DNA of 64,000 nt from the human T2T-CHM13v2.0 reference genome, Homo sapiens (GCF_009914755.1 NC_060941.1), one strand, 5' to 3'. Positions 28,075 through 43,527 are shown, counted from the first letter of the stretch. The notes: generated by a model from the sequence alone, not told the origin. Numbers and translations are program-made.

Positions 28075-28299
28075 TCAAGAATGGATGGAGTAGAAGAATG
28101 GAGTTTCACAACAGGTCACTGGATAGAGGAGATTTGAAAGTTTAGAGATCCCAAAAGATGCATGCTAAACAGGATATTTCATCCTCTTGTTGGTTAATCT
28201 TAAGATGCCATCCCCAGCTTTCCTGCCAATGGAGGTTCGCTGACTTTTCCTTCCTGTTTAACTTTGGGGTGCTGCTCATGGAAAGGGTCTTCCAGCTTC

Positions 28300-28960
28300 A
28301 CACACCTATGTGTGTTCATCCACGTGTACGCGTGCCAAGGAGCCCTACACCTTCCGTTATCTGATCTCCTGCATCCCATCTGGCCTGGGTCATAGCCTCA
28401 GTTCTAGCTTGATTCCACGGCCAGCTCACTCAGGTCCATTTGACAGGTCCCTGTGTACCAGCACCATAAGGACAACATTCTAAATGCCAATGTCGTTATT
28501 TCTCCAACCCCCTTCAAATGGTTCTGTTTCCTAACGGGAGCTTCCAGCATCAGGGAATTTACACCCTTCATGGAAGACACCGCACAGTCTGTGGTTTTTA
28601 CTCATCATGATGACATAAGGAGGCACTTTTCTCATGCAATACGGCAAAGCCACTTGGGGAGAAACGATCTTCCTGAAGCATATTCAAGAGAGCCAACAAG
28701 ACAGACATTGCAATTCCCTGAGCTCCCAGACACATCCAGTTTACGCCTCTTTCCGTTTGCTTCGGGTTTGTTCCGCGCGATACATCTCACCAAGCATCTT
28801 CTGGCCTCCTCCATGTGCCAAAAGGGCCCCTCCGTGGATGGCGCACACACACTCTCAGAGCCACATGAGGATTCCAGCGAGCGTTCAGGCACTAATGAAT
28901 TCTCCTTGTGCAGAACTGAGCACATGCACAGATTGCACGTGGGAGGAGATGTTCTCTCAG
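28300..28960. promoter_or_regulatory. CpG-retaining unique segment, candidate regulatory element
   Basis: 10 CpGs in 28744-28883; CACGTG E-boxes at 28321 and 28936; tgatgacataa at 28608. Confidence 0.3.
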
Positions 28961-29139
28961 TGTCTGCTCTAAATGTTGTTTCTGAGTTAATCGTTCCAAG
29001 ACAGGGAAATGAATGGGGATTGCCTGAGCCACCCTTGAGCTGAGACAAATCAGCCAGGATCATTGGACTCTGCAGGAGGAATTTTTCTTCTGCTCTTTTT
29101 ATCCCTAAGATCCATGGGTTAGTTATTGGACCACTCAGC

Positions 29140-29400
29140 TATTGTTTGCTGGCAGGCCCCTGTCCCACTCCTCCCCTGCTCTGCTCCCACTGGGCAGTTG
29201 CCAGTGTGGCCTCAGCATCTATGGTCTGGACTTAGGGGCAGGGACTACAAGAGAGAGGACTACCCTCTCCTTCTGTAGTCCCTGTCCCTAAGGTGGCAGT
29301 GATTTTCCATTGTGGTTAATCACGGCTTCTCAGTTCTTCCATCCCTTATGAAACCGATTCCCTGTATAAAATTCCCTCTGTTTTAAAACTCCTGTTTCCT
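29140..29400 (+). mobile_element. LTR33/LTR16-like ERVL LTR remnant
   Basis: ccctaaggtggcagtgattttcc...attccctgtataaaattccctctgttt 3' motifs, as also seen in the LTR at 48.9-49.8 kb. Confidence 0.6.
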
Positions 29401-29403
29401 CTA

Positions 29404-29945
<542 letters not shown>

Positions 29946-30034
29946 CACCAACAACAAAAAACAACAACAAAAAAAAAACATACAAACAAACATATCTCAA
30001 TTCACAGAATTTTTGAAGCAAGAGCATTTAGGGT

Positions 30035-30215
30035 GCTGGTTCTCAGAGCGTGGCTCCTGAACCAGCAGCATTAGCATCTCCTGGGAACTTCAAAATGCAA
30101 ATCTTAGCCTATACTCCTTAACATATTGAAGCCAAATGGGCAGGGGAGAGGAGGAAATCTGTTTTCACACACCCTCCTGGTGATTCAGATACTTAGTAAA
30201 GTTTGGGAACCACTG
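30035..30215. mobile_element. MER5A (hAT-Charlie)
   Basis: tggttctcagagcgtgg...ccagcagcattagcatctcctggga...aaagtttgggaaccactg. Confidence 0.85.
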
Positions 30216-30409
30216 TCATAGAACAGGGTTCCATCCTTGCATGTTGAGGTCCTGGAACAGTTTTGGGGCCACTGTGGATCTATCCCTGGAAAGGAATCAG
30301 TAGCTGATTTGCGATTCCCTTCACCTCCCCTGTCCCATCACCTCCTGTTCTACCTGGCACGGCTCCTGTAGGTGGCTATGCACACCCTTTCATCTTAAGC
30401 AGGACACTA

Positions 30410-31193
<784 letters not shown>

Positions 31194-31449
31194 CCCATAA
31201 AAGACACTCAAGGGCATAGCTATCACTCACAGCTGTGGTCGTAACCACCCCTTTCATCAAATTTCCCATATCCCTTCCTTTCCCAATCTTATCTTACCTT
31301 TTTTGCACTACCAAATCTGAGTTGGTTTTGCACATCTGTTTGCCTAAACCCTGTTACGTGTTCCCTGGAACTCAGGCTCTATGATCACTTCCTCCTCCTC
31401 TAACTTCAGTCTTTCCTTGGAACATTCCTTATCTGATGCTGGACACCCC

Positions 31450-32920
<1,471 letters not shown>

Positions 32921-32924
32921 TCTT

Positions 32925-33960
32925 TCTGAAGAGAAACCTATAGCTTCAAATGCTTACATGTATTAGAAAATGAAGAAAGGCCTAAAATTAATTATCTAAC
33001 TGTCCACTTTTCGAATTTAGATAAAGACTAGGAGAAAGTTAACTATAAACAAAAAATTAAGAGAAGAGCGGAAGTTAATGTAATAAAAAATCAATAAAGT
33101 CAAAAGTCAGTTATCTGAAAAGATCAACAAAACAGATAAACCTCAAGCAAGCATGACTAAGAAAAAAAGGGAGAGAAATTATCAACACTGGAAATGAAAG
33201 AGGGATTATTATTACAGATTATGTAATTTTCAAAATAATTAAAAGAAGAATACTATGGTTAACTTTATGACAATAAATATAACCAGGTAGATGAAATGGA
33301 AAAATTCATTATAAAACTCAAATTACCAAAACTGATACAGGAATAGACTTACCCCTACCAAAGAATTAAATTTATTATCAAAAATCTTACCACAAAGAAC
33401 TCTTCAAGCCCAAGTGGTCTCATTAGTGAATTTCATTAAATATTCAAGGAGGAAAAAAAATACCAAATTAACACAACATATTTCAGAAATTAGAGGAACA
33501 AGCTCCTGACAGAGGCAACAGCCTGGGTGAATCCCGTAGACTTTATGTTGAGCAAAAGAAGTCAGACACAAAGGAGTGTGGATTTTGTGATTCTATTCAA
33601 ATGACATTCTAAATTAGCAAAGCTAATCTATTGTGGAAAACTTCAACAGCGGTTGCCTCTGTTGAAGGCAACAGAGTAAGGGACGTGGACTGGAAAGGGA
33701 TCCTAGGGAACTTTCTGGAATAAGAGGAGTCGGTTCCATGGATGTCAAAATTGTACATTTAAGATTTTTGAATTTCAATCTATGTAAATTAAACAGATAA
33801 ACAATCCTGAAGGTGGAGAGTAGGTGTAGCGATGGAACAAGAATGACAAAATATGTACGGTTGTTGAAGTTGAGTGATGGGTGTGTGGGAGTTTATTGCC
33901 GTATACTGTTTGTGTTGTATGAGCTTTCAATTCTCCGCCGTGAAGAGTGAAACATTGAAA
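32925..33960 (+). mobile_element. Old L1M ORF2 fragment joined to an L1MC/ME-type 3'UTR
   Basis: gaaaagatcaacaaaacagataaacc, gaaatgaaagagggg, agcaaaagaagtcagacacaaa. Confidence 0.75.
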
Positions 33961-34632
33961 TGTTGATGAAGTTTGATTTATAAAATGAGATACTGCATTT
34001 GTATATCACACTCTTTCCAATTTGCATAGTTCCAATTTATACAAAACCGAGTATATTTGTATTTCCTTCCAGTCTTATTTTTTAAATTGTTCTAAGCAGT
34101 ACTGAATATGCAATTTTACACTCAGCTTTCCTACTCACATTACACTGTAAGCATCTTTGCAGTTTTACATTCTTTGTGATCATCAATTTTAATGGCCACC
34201 CCTCTGGCTTCTTAATGCTGAAACTCAAATTTTATCTCATTATTTTACCTCCATTGATTGCTAGTGCTACTCAGAATAATACCTGCTACTCAGGTAGTCT
34301 CATTTAATTATTTATGCTCGCCTTATACTAAGGGGGATTTAGGTGGCCTGAAAAGACACATAAAGTGCAACAAAATAGAATAAAGTTAAAACACAATATA
34401 CAAAAGAAAGAGAAACAAGGTTAAAGGCAGGGTTTCATCAAGGATCTTTAAGGCAGGAAAAATCCAACACCCTTCTTTGCCAAGGTAAAGCTTAACAAAA
34501 CACACACATCTAACTTTGAGTAATGATTTTCAGTGTGTGTATTGGTTGAAGTGGAAGTGGGGTAAACTCAAAGATTAACCAGAGGGTTTATAACAGGGTT
34601 ACCACACAAAGTAGTCTTTTATGAGAAATAGC

Positions 34633-34987
34633 TTTTTTTTTTTTTTTTTTTTGAGACGGAGTCTCGTTCTGTCGCCCAGGCTGGAGTGCAGTGGTGCTAT
34701 CTCAGCTCACTGCAAGCTCTGCCTCCCGGGTTCATGCCATTCTCCTGCCTCAGCCTCCTGCAGAGCCCAGTCACTGCAGAGCAGCAACAAGGATTGTGGG
34801 CTGCAAAACGGCCACTGCCTCCCTTTTGCAGGCGCACACCACCACACCTGGCTAATTTTTTGTATTTTTTAGTAGAGACGGGGTTTCATTGTGTTAGCCA
34901 GGATGGTCTCGATCTCCTGACCTCGTGATCCGCCCGCCTCGGCCTCTCAAAGTGCTGGGATTACATGCGTGAGCCACTGCACCCAAG
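34633..34987 (-). mobile_element. AluY carrying a 68-bp non-Alu insertion
   Basis: Alu dimer interrupted at 34761-34828; aatagct TSD-like flanks. Confidence 0.95.
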
Positions 34988-35244
34988 TTAAGGAATAGCT
35001 ACAATATTGATAACTCTAGTTTTGGAATAGTTGCATAATTTGAGATATAGCTTAGAATTGCTTTTTATCTTAAGTAGCTGAGAGGCAGGACAGAGAAATG
35101 GGTTCACCTCCCAGCTCTGGTGCTCCCCAGCCGGTTATTTTGAGAAGCTGACCTCACCTTTCTGATTCTTTGTTTCTTCCTTTATAAAACTGGAGGGTGA
35201 TAAATGTCCACTTTATAGTACTGTTGTGAAGACTTATCACAGAG

Positions 35245-35880
35245 TCATTCATTCGACAAATATTTATTGAGACACACTACATGGCAGGCCCTGTTCCAGT
35301 CACACAGCAAAGGTTGACTATCATCTCTAACATTTTGACGCTCACCTTTTAGTGGGGGTGGAGACATAAGACAAGAAAATAAGCAAGATCATTTCAGATT
35401 CTGATGCTTTCTATCAAGAAAATAATCCATGCTATAGGGCTCAAGTAAATGATGGGTATGTATGTGTGTATGTGTGTGTGTGTGTGTACACTTTTAAAGA
35501 TGCACTGATCAGAGAATTCCTCTCTGAAAAAGTACTATTTTTTACAGGGATCTGAAAGATGAGAAGAAAGATACTAGGGAGAGCCATTTAAGCAAAGGGA
35601 ACATCAACAATGAGCCTCACATTTTAAGAAGCAGCCAGAAGGCCAGTGTGGCTGGAGCACCAGGTATGAGGATGATGATGGAGAGAGATCAGAGAAGTGG
35701 ACAGGAACGAGAGCTCATGGAACCAGTTGGGACCTGGATTTTATTCCGTGCATAAAGGGAGGCCACTGGAGGATGTAAGCAGTGGAGTGGCATGATCTAA
35801 TGGGTGTTTTAGGCCATGGTGTGGATGATGGATTGTAGAGGGACAAGAGTGGAGGAAGGCAGGCCACCTAGGAAGTTAAT
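35245..35880 (-). mobile_element. L2 3' region, flanked by MIR pieces, with (TG)n at 35455-35487
   Basis: cattcattcgacaaatatttattgag...ggccagtgtggctggagc...ggcatgatct. Confidence 0.8.
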
Positions 35881-36074
35881 GCATATGCACCTAGGAGGTG
35901 CTCAGTATGATGCCTGGGGCCTAACAAGCACTCACTAAATATTAGTTATTTTGAACTACTTTTTAGAAAAAAAAATAGCTATCAGGACAACAATTCATTC
36001 AGATCATCTTTTATTTGAGAAAATTAAGTCTTCGTGTTCTCTGTAACAGAGACACATTCTTCTAGCTCACTAAG

Positions 36075-36627
36075 TATGGAGGCTTTGTGAAGTGTCAGCT
36101 TGCCTAGGTTGACCTACGTTTTCCAGAATTCTTTTTTCTGGGTGTGTTCTATTAGCGTGGGTTACAGACAGCTTCCCATGGGAGATGTGGGAGTAGAAGG
36201 GAAGCAGTGGCCGTTTTGCAGCCCACAATCCTTGTTGCTGTTCTGCAGTGACTGGGCCTGTACTCAGCTGGGCCAGGCTCCCCTGGAGCTTCCTTCAGCC
36301 CCCGGACAGGCGTGAGTGTTCAGCAATGGGATGCAGTGTCCTGGCTTCTGAAGGTCACTCCCACCAGGAAGAACTGACGTGGGTTTCAGCCCATCCTCAC
36401 GGGCCCAGCTCATATTTGTGGGTTACCATGCATTCCTACTTTCCTCCACTTTACATCCATCTGTTCTTCTCAACTGTCTGCCCTTTGCACTTCAAGCTCC
36501 AGCATTAAATGTGAAGATAACAGCCTTGTAGAGGCTACATAAGCAGCTTCCACAATTGGGTAAGGCCAAATCCCTTATCTATCTCTCTCAGTGGTTCTGT
36601 TTCTCCAATTACTCCTTTATAGATACA
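36075..36627 (+). mobile_element. Old ERVL solo LTR (LTR50/LTR52-like, subfamily unsure)
   Basis: tgtcagcttgcctaggttgacctacgttttccagaattc...ctctcagtggttctgtttctc...gataca. Confidence 0.7.
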
Positions 36628-36673
36628 AGAATGGTAGCTGATTTAAAGAAATATATTCAAAAGAAATAGGACT

Positions 36674-37088
<415 letters not shown>

Positions 37089-37111
37089 TTAAAGAATGTA
37101 TGATCCAGTTC

Positions 37112-37636
37112 TGGATTTTAAACATGTGGTATATATGCATAATGGAATACTATTCAACCTTTAAAAAAGGAAATTATGATATTTTTGGCAACACAATGAA
37201 TCTGAAGGACATTATGCTAAGTGAAATAAGCCAGACACAGAAAGACAAATACCACACATTCTCACTTATACATGGAATCTAAAAAAGTTAAATGTATAAA
37301 AGCAGAGAGTAGAATAGTGGTTATCAGGGGCTGGGGGAAATTTTGGGGAAAGGGGAGATATTGGTCAAAGGGTACAAGCTTTCAGCTGGAAAGGAGGAAT
37401 AAATTCCAGAAATATATTGTAAAACATGGTAATTATAGTTAATAATAAATGTATACTTGAAAATTGCTAAGAGAGTAGATTTTAAATGTTCTTATCACAA
37501 AAAATGAGAAGTGTGACAGGTGATGGCTATGTTAATTAGCTTGAGTTAATTATTCCACAATGCATACTATATCAAAACATCACATTGTATACCATAAATG
37601 TATATAATGTTTCATTTGTCAATTAAACAAACAGAA
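37112..37636 (+). mobile_element. L1MA-type 3' end, 5'-truncated
   Basis: ggaatactattcaacc...gacattatgctaagtgaaataagccag; 21-bp TSD at 37091-37111 and 37637-37657. Confidence 0.9.
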
Positions 37637-37989
37637 AAAGAATGCATGATTCAGTTCCAATTCCCTTGGCAGGTTACAATTGAGGTTTGCCGTCAACTTT
37701 GCCAGGGCTCCATGCAGGACTCCTCCTGTGGCCTGTCCTAACCAGAAACACGCAGGAAAAGGAGTGCTAGGAAACGTGGTTCAGCCTAGTCAAGAAGACA
37801 CAACTGGTTCCAGTCTATACGATCTGAGGCTAAGAAAGATCAATCAAAGCTATTAATCGCTCACTAGTTTCCTGGTTTCTCATTCTAGGAGGTGGTCGAT
37901 AATAACAATTGTCCATGAGAGACCAGCTCTGTCTTAAGCCTATCTGTAGCTCTTGTAAAACTTTGACCTAAGAAACCCATACTTTCAAT

Positions 37990-38560
37990 TTGTTAGGCAA
38001 ATTATGAGAACACAATATTGATGGATTGAACAACAAACCAATAGGTTTACAATTCAAGGGGCGTAGAGTTTTGCTTATTTTGCAAATGGAGTAAATAATA
38101 CTCTGGTTCCAGTCAGATGCGGCCATCTTTGAAAAACCAATAAACGTTAACAAGTCTGCAAACATTGAAAATCGTTATTTTGTGAGGTTTCTAAATAGCT
38201 CTGTTAGCAAAAGTATCATTGTGTTTCACTCATTTTAGGTTTGAAAATCAAAACGTCTGTGCTATGCGATGTTTCAGGCTGTATATTTAGTTTATAGTTC
38301 CAAAAATGAGGATCCTAGGTGTCCCTATGAAAGACTCTTTATTGCCAATTTAATAGCTCTTCTTCCACACTTATTTTTTGCTAAAAGAGACGAAATGTTC
38401 CTGAGGCTGTAACGTATCAAGCCTAGGGAACGGATCTTGAATCAAATCTAATTGGGAGACCCTGGAAAAAAACCTATTTCTTTGTCGTTGAAAGAAGAGA
38501 ACCATTAGAGAAAAGGGTCTTTTTTTTTTTTCTCTAGCCCCATCTCTTTCAATCTTTCCC
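37990..38560. promoter_or_regulatory. Candidate conserved enhancer-like unique block
   Basis: Hox/Pbx-type tgatggat at 38019, YY1-like gcggccatctt at 38119, several retained CpGs in an AT-rich context. Confidence 0.25.
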
Positions 38561-38599
38561 AGCTCCTGCCTTCTGCCTTTGAAAGCAGCTATGATGCTC

Positions 38600-39093
38600 A
38601 TAGCTGCATCAATCATTTTACAACATAACAAGCCACCATATTTGGGTTGACGGAGCAGAAGAATGGAAAGAATCTGGGCCTTGAGACTCTTTTTTTTTTT
38701 TTTAATACTTTAAGTTTTAGGTACATGTGCACAACGTGCAGGTTTGTTACATATGTATACATGTGCCATGCTGGTGTGCTGCACCCATTAACTCGTCATT
38801 TAACATTAGGTATATCTCCTAATGCTATCCCTCCCCACTCCCCCCACCCCACAACAGGGGATGAAGCTGGAAACCATCATTCTCAGCAAACTATTGCAAG
38901 GACAAAAAACCAAACACCTCATGTTCTCACTCATAGGTGGGAATTGAACAATGAGACTCTTGAACAGCTGAACCAGTCCCAGGCTGCCCACCTACAGACT
39001 CTGTGCTCTGTGAGATAACTAAATGTCATTATGTTTAAGCCTTTCCAAACCATGCATTCTGTTACTTGCAACCAAAGCCACTCCTAACTGATA
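38600..39093 (+). mobile_element. MLT1I/J-like LTR remnant interrupted by an L1
   Basis: ggagcagaagaatggaaagaatctggg...tgtttaagcc...ttctgttacttgcaacc...cctaactgata. Confidence 0.7.
38692..38956 (-). mobile_element. L1PA, very short 5'-inverted (twin-primed) insertion
   Basis: Antisense tail at 38692-38858, sense piece at 38859-38956; TSD tgagactctt at 38682-38691 and 38952-38961. Confidence 0.93.
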
Positions 39094-40690
39094 GAGCCTC
39101 TTTTATGCTACTTTCCAGATTCATGCTCTGGGCAACTGTGTTGTAGAACTTGATACCAGGTCTAAAAGCTGGACTTGGCTCTTTCTAGAGACTGTTTGTT
39201 ATTTTTTTCTAAATAATAAAGTTATGTCTATATTTGCTATGCAAAACATGTGTTATATTGGGAATCATATTTGTCATGGAGGGAAGCAATCACTCCTTTA
39301 TTTAGTGATGCCAAGAAAGGTATCATTAGACTTGCTTCTTAACCTAACAATCACTCTCCAACAAATAATTTCTTCCAAGGAATAACTAGGACACATGAAG
39401 TTTAAATGGTCATGAGACAAGACCATATACCCAGTCATGTCAAATTTGCATTGGCAAGGGAATGTACATGAAAAGATAAGCTCCATCAAGCTTTTCAGGA
39501 ATTAAATCAAAACCAACAAAACAAAAAAAAAATATCTTTTGAACCAGGCAAACCCCCAAGGTTGACAAAGATAAGACTTGCAAATTTATCCTAATTTTTG
39601 CAAGAGTTCCACAGTTCATTTTCTGACAGCTGGCACAATAAAGATTTAAAATTCTGAATAGGAAGGAGGAGGTGGTTGCCATCTGTGGCCATTACCTGAT
39701 CTCTCTGATTTCAACTGCCAGGGATAACACCATGGGACATGTAGCATTTGTCTTTAATTAAAAAAAAATATTTCATCATAGCCTATTTCAAACACACAAA
39801 AGATTGCAGAAAATAATATATACCCATGTACTCATTGCTGATATTTGACAAATGTTGACATTTTGCCATTGGCTTTGGATGTTTTAAAAATAAAATTTTA
39901 TAGATACTCTAAAGCCCTACACAATCCTATCTCCTTATTGTTTTAATTTGCATTTTGTGGAGAGTGCCTCTATAAAATTAGGCCAACTGTGCCTCTAAAA
40001 CTTTGTTGATATTTAGGAAGCTGCCATGTAGAAGTCTGTCTTCAAAACATACTTTGGTTACTAGAGTTAAAGCAATGATGCTGCTTGGCCTATACAATCC
40101 CCTTGGTTTCCTTCTATGCTTGATAATCCACATTTTGCATGACCACCCCAACTATTAAGGTCACACCTTTCTCCCTGGGTCCCAGCCACCTTCTGACGTG
40201 GATTTTGCAAGTCTCAGGTGATATATCAGATGCCTGGAAACAGTGTGCAGCCAACCTTCATGGGTAGTCCTTTGGGAAGGACATGGTTTGAAATAACAAT
40301 GTGGAAGGCTGCTTCCCAGCCTCAGGTTGCTGCTCAGCATGTTCTGGCCTTCCACCCAGCCCTCCTCATCCTGTTTCACTCAAGAAAGGGAACCTGGTGG
40401 GTGACAATGTCAGGACCAGGTCATGACTGCGATGGTTGCCCTGTTCACAGTCCACACCCCTACCTTCCAGGAGCTCCTTCCACATCCTGCCCCCTTCCTG
40501 AGTACACCTGGCTGGTGTCTCCAGGGCTATCCTCTGCCTCCTTCCTGGCTTATGACTACAGTGGGCTCACACTTCACTATACTTCTTTGATTCTTAACTT
40601 GAGGTTTACCTTCTAGTTCTCTCTTCTTCTCCCAACCTCTACTCTCAAAACTCCTGTCCTGGCCATGGTCATAATATAAAGCTTTCCCAT

Positions 40691-40990
<300 letters not shown>

Positions 40991-41508
40991 TTACAAGCTT
41001 ATCAGAGGATAGGGACTTTAGCTTTTCCATGATATAAGCAGCCAATGAGGAGTGTTCTTCCATTGCTTTTATGAGATACTATTCTAGTGAGTCCTGATTT
41101 GAGAGAACTGAGTTCTTAGAAACTTGAAATCGATGCTTTCCACTTTCTGAATCTGCTAATCCAAGTGAATGTCTTTAAATTAACATTCTTTTGGACCAGC
41201 ATGACAACAAGAGCAAGATCTACCCTGGCTCTCACACCCCCACTTTTTTGTGTCCTTTACAGGTGTCTTTCACGATAACTCAACTCAATGGCACAAACTT
41301 AACAAAAGAAGGGATGGCTTGTTTCAGGACACCTCCCACTTGAGACAAATTCATCCTCCAGCCTATAGTATCTCAAAAGGTGGACCCTGCTGACAAGTGG
41401 AGTTTCTCCCATCTAGCTTTCTTGGTACTTGAGCTTGCTCAATCAAAAGAGGAAGGAGAGAAGCAAAGCTTTGGGGGAAGTGAGTAAGGAGGCAAGAATT
41501 TTTCATAT

Positions 41509-41626
41509 TAGAGTAACAAACGTGTCTCCATTCACTCAAGACTTACCTGGTTTTAGCACTGAACATTCATCTGTCATCCTGGGAAACCCTCTAGTCCTGA
41601 GCAAATCAGAGCAGTTGATCATCCTA
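41509..41626. mobile_element. MER81-like (hAT-Blackjack) MITE
   Basis: cctggttttagcactgaa...cctgggaaaccc...gttgatcatccta. Confidence 0.65.
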
Positions 41627-42139
41627 CTTCACATAAAAGAGGGATTTTTAAGGTCTAATTGAAAGTATTTGACAAAGAAAAGAAATCTTCAATATTGGAA
41701 AACTTTTGCAAAGCCCGGGTGGGGCCAAAGCAATCATGAGGAGGGGCGTAGTCAGAGAAGGAATATTTATATTGGGGACTAAAGGATGACTCAAAGTTAT
41801 TAAGGTAAAGGCTAGGACGAGAGTGGGAGGCCACTCAAATTCATGGGAAGCAGCTAAAAAACAGCCTTTCTATTCTGACATTTTTCCATTAACTTGCAGT
41901 GCATTTGGTTAAGTCTATCCCATCAAAATAACATAAAATCTATGCTACATCTTTTCTTGGGATAATAAACATTTGATACCTTAGTCCCTTGATTTTCCAG
42001 ATCCACATTTTCTATAGCCAAAACCGAATCATATCTTCTTTCAAGAATACTTCTTAAATGCCTGTTGTGCGCACAGAACTGTGAGAATTGTGAAGAGTCT
42101 TCTGGAGCGCACTTGGAGGTTTTCAGGCGTAAATCAGGG

Positions 42140-42620
42140 ATACATTTGGTCTTATTTCTTCTGAATTTATTACAAATAATTTCAATGTAATGGATAAATT
42201 ACTTTTAACTAACCCATTCCGGAATTTTGTCAGGGTGAGCTAGTCTTTATTTTGAAGAATCTACATTTCCCCCATTTGGGAAATCAGGACGGTGTTTCCC
42301 CATTCTGAGATGTCAATCATGCTTCCCGTCCTTCATAACTTTTCAGAGAAGGCTTCGAGTCTTCAGTCACATCTGCACATACCTTTCATTTTACAGGCTG
42401 CAGTTTATAAGGCCCAAGTCCCTTAAATTCATTAAGACTGGCAAGCAGCTCTCTTACTAGATTTCTTCCCATCTGAGGCATTACATGTTTCATATTCATG
42501 GTTAGCCTAGCCTTCCTTCTTTGGATATAATATTCCTAATGGAGAAGAAATGAACACAAAGACTTTGAATAGCATTTTCCTGTCATCTGTTAATATAATA
42601 GCATTTCTCCCCAAGTAGTC
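42140..42620 (-). mobile_element. CR1/L3 remnant
   Basis: aatggagaagaaatgaacacaaa...tttcctgtcatctgttaata, resembling antisense L3. Confidence 0.5.
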
Positions 42621-43527
42621 TGATGAAATGTGATTAAAACAAACTTGAAATTCATTTGAATGACTTTTATATTTTTGGCTCTCTGTTTTCGTTTTCCAGC
42701 TCTTTTTAAATATAGGCTGAGATAGGTGTTAGAAATTGGACAAAGAAAAATGAAAATGTGTTATTAAGGGAATGAAAGAAATTACTTATAAATGTTAAGG
42801 AAATTAATTCTTAGTGGGCTCGTATTTATTGGGTATATATGTCAAGCCAAAGGAAATGTTTGAAACAAGATGAAAAAGTTATCAACAAGATGCTTTTTTC
42901 TCCTATGTTCTGAATCTTGAAGAGTTTTGCTTGGTACATAGGTCAAACTGTCTGGACTGACTCTCCTGATTACTGCTCAGAGACTCCAGAGACAATGACA
43001 GATCAATCTGCCGAAAAAGGTGCTACCTGAGATGGCATTTGCAAGTTCTCTCTGCTTCCATATAATTCTCTAGCCAATAACCATGCACTTATTTCTCAAT
43101 TAACTTAATTCAACTTAATTTAATTGAGCAATGAATGCAACTAAGGTCGTGATTTCAGTATTACAAGTAAATGGTGTGGAATAGAAAGAAAATACTTGTT
43201 TCCCATAAGGGAAACACAACATGTACACAGAATTGATAGTGTGGTAGAATGTGGGTAGCTCCATGTGGCAAAGGTCATTAGCCCAGGGTACAGGGGAGGG
43301 CTTCTGGGGAGAGTATGATTTGAATAGAACTTGCCTTAGGTTGTTCAGTAGAATGGTGACAGTGGAGGTTGTTGGAGGGGATTTACTGATAGGAGAGCCT
43401 ATGTGGCTAAAGGCACGGAGGTAGAAAGCTGCAGAGTGTGTTCCAGCTCGCTAAGAAGTCTAGTGTTTTGGAAGCATCTATGAACAGGGTTTGCAGAACT
43501 TAGGACTGTGTGGATCCACTGCTGTCA

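Noticed and set aside
28453-29043. 196-aa ORF as an annotated CDS
   Set aside because: No recognisable domain or exon boundaries; kept only as part of a regulatory/de novo candidate
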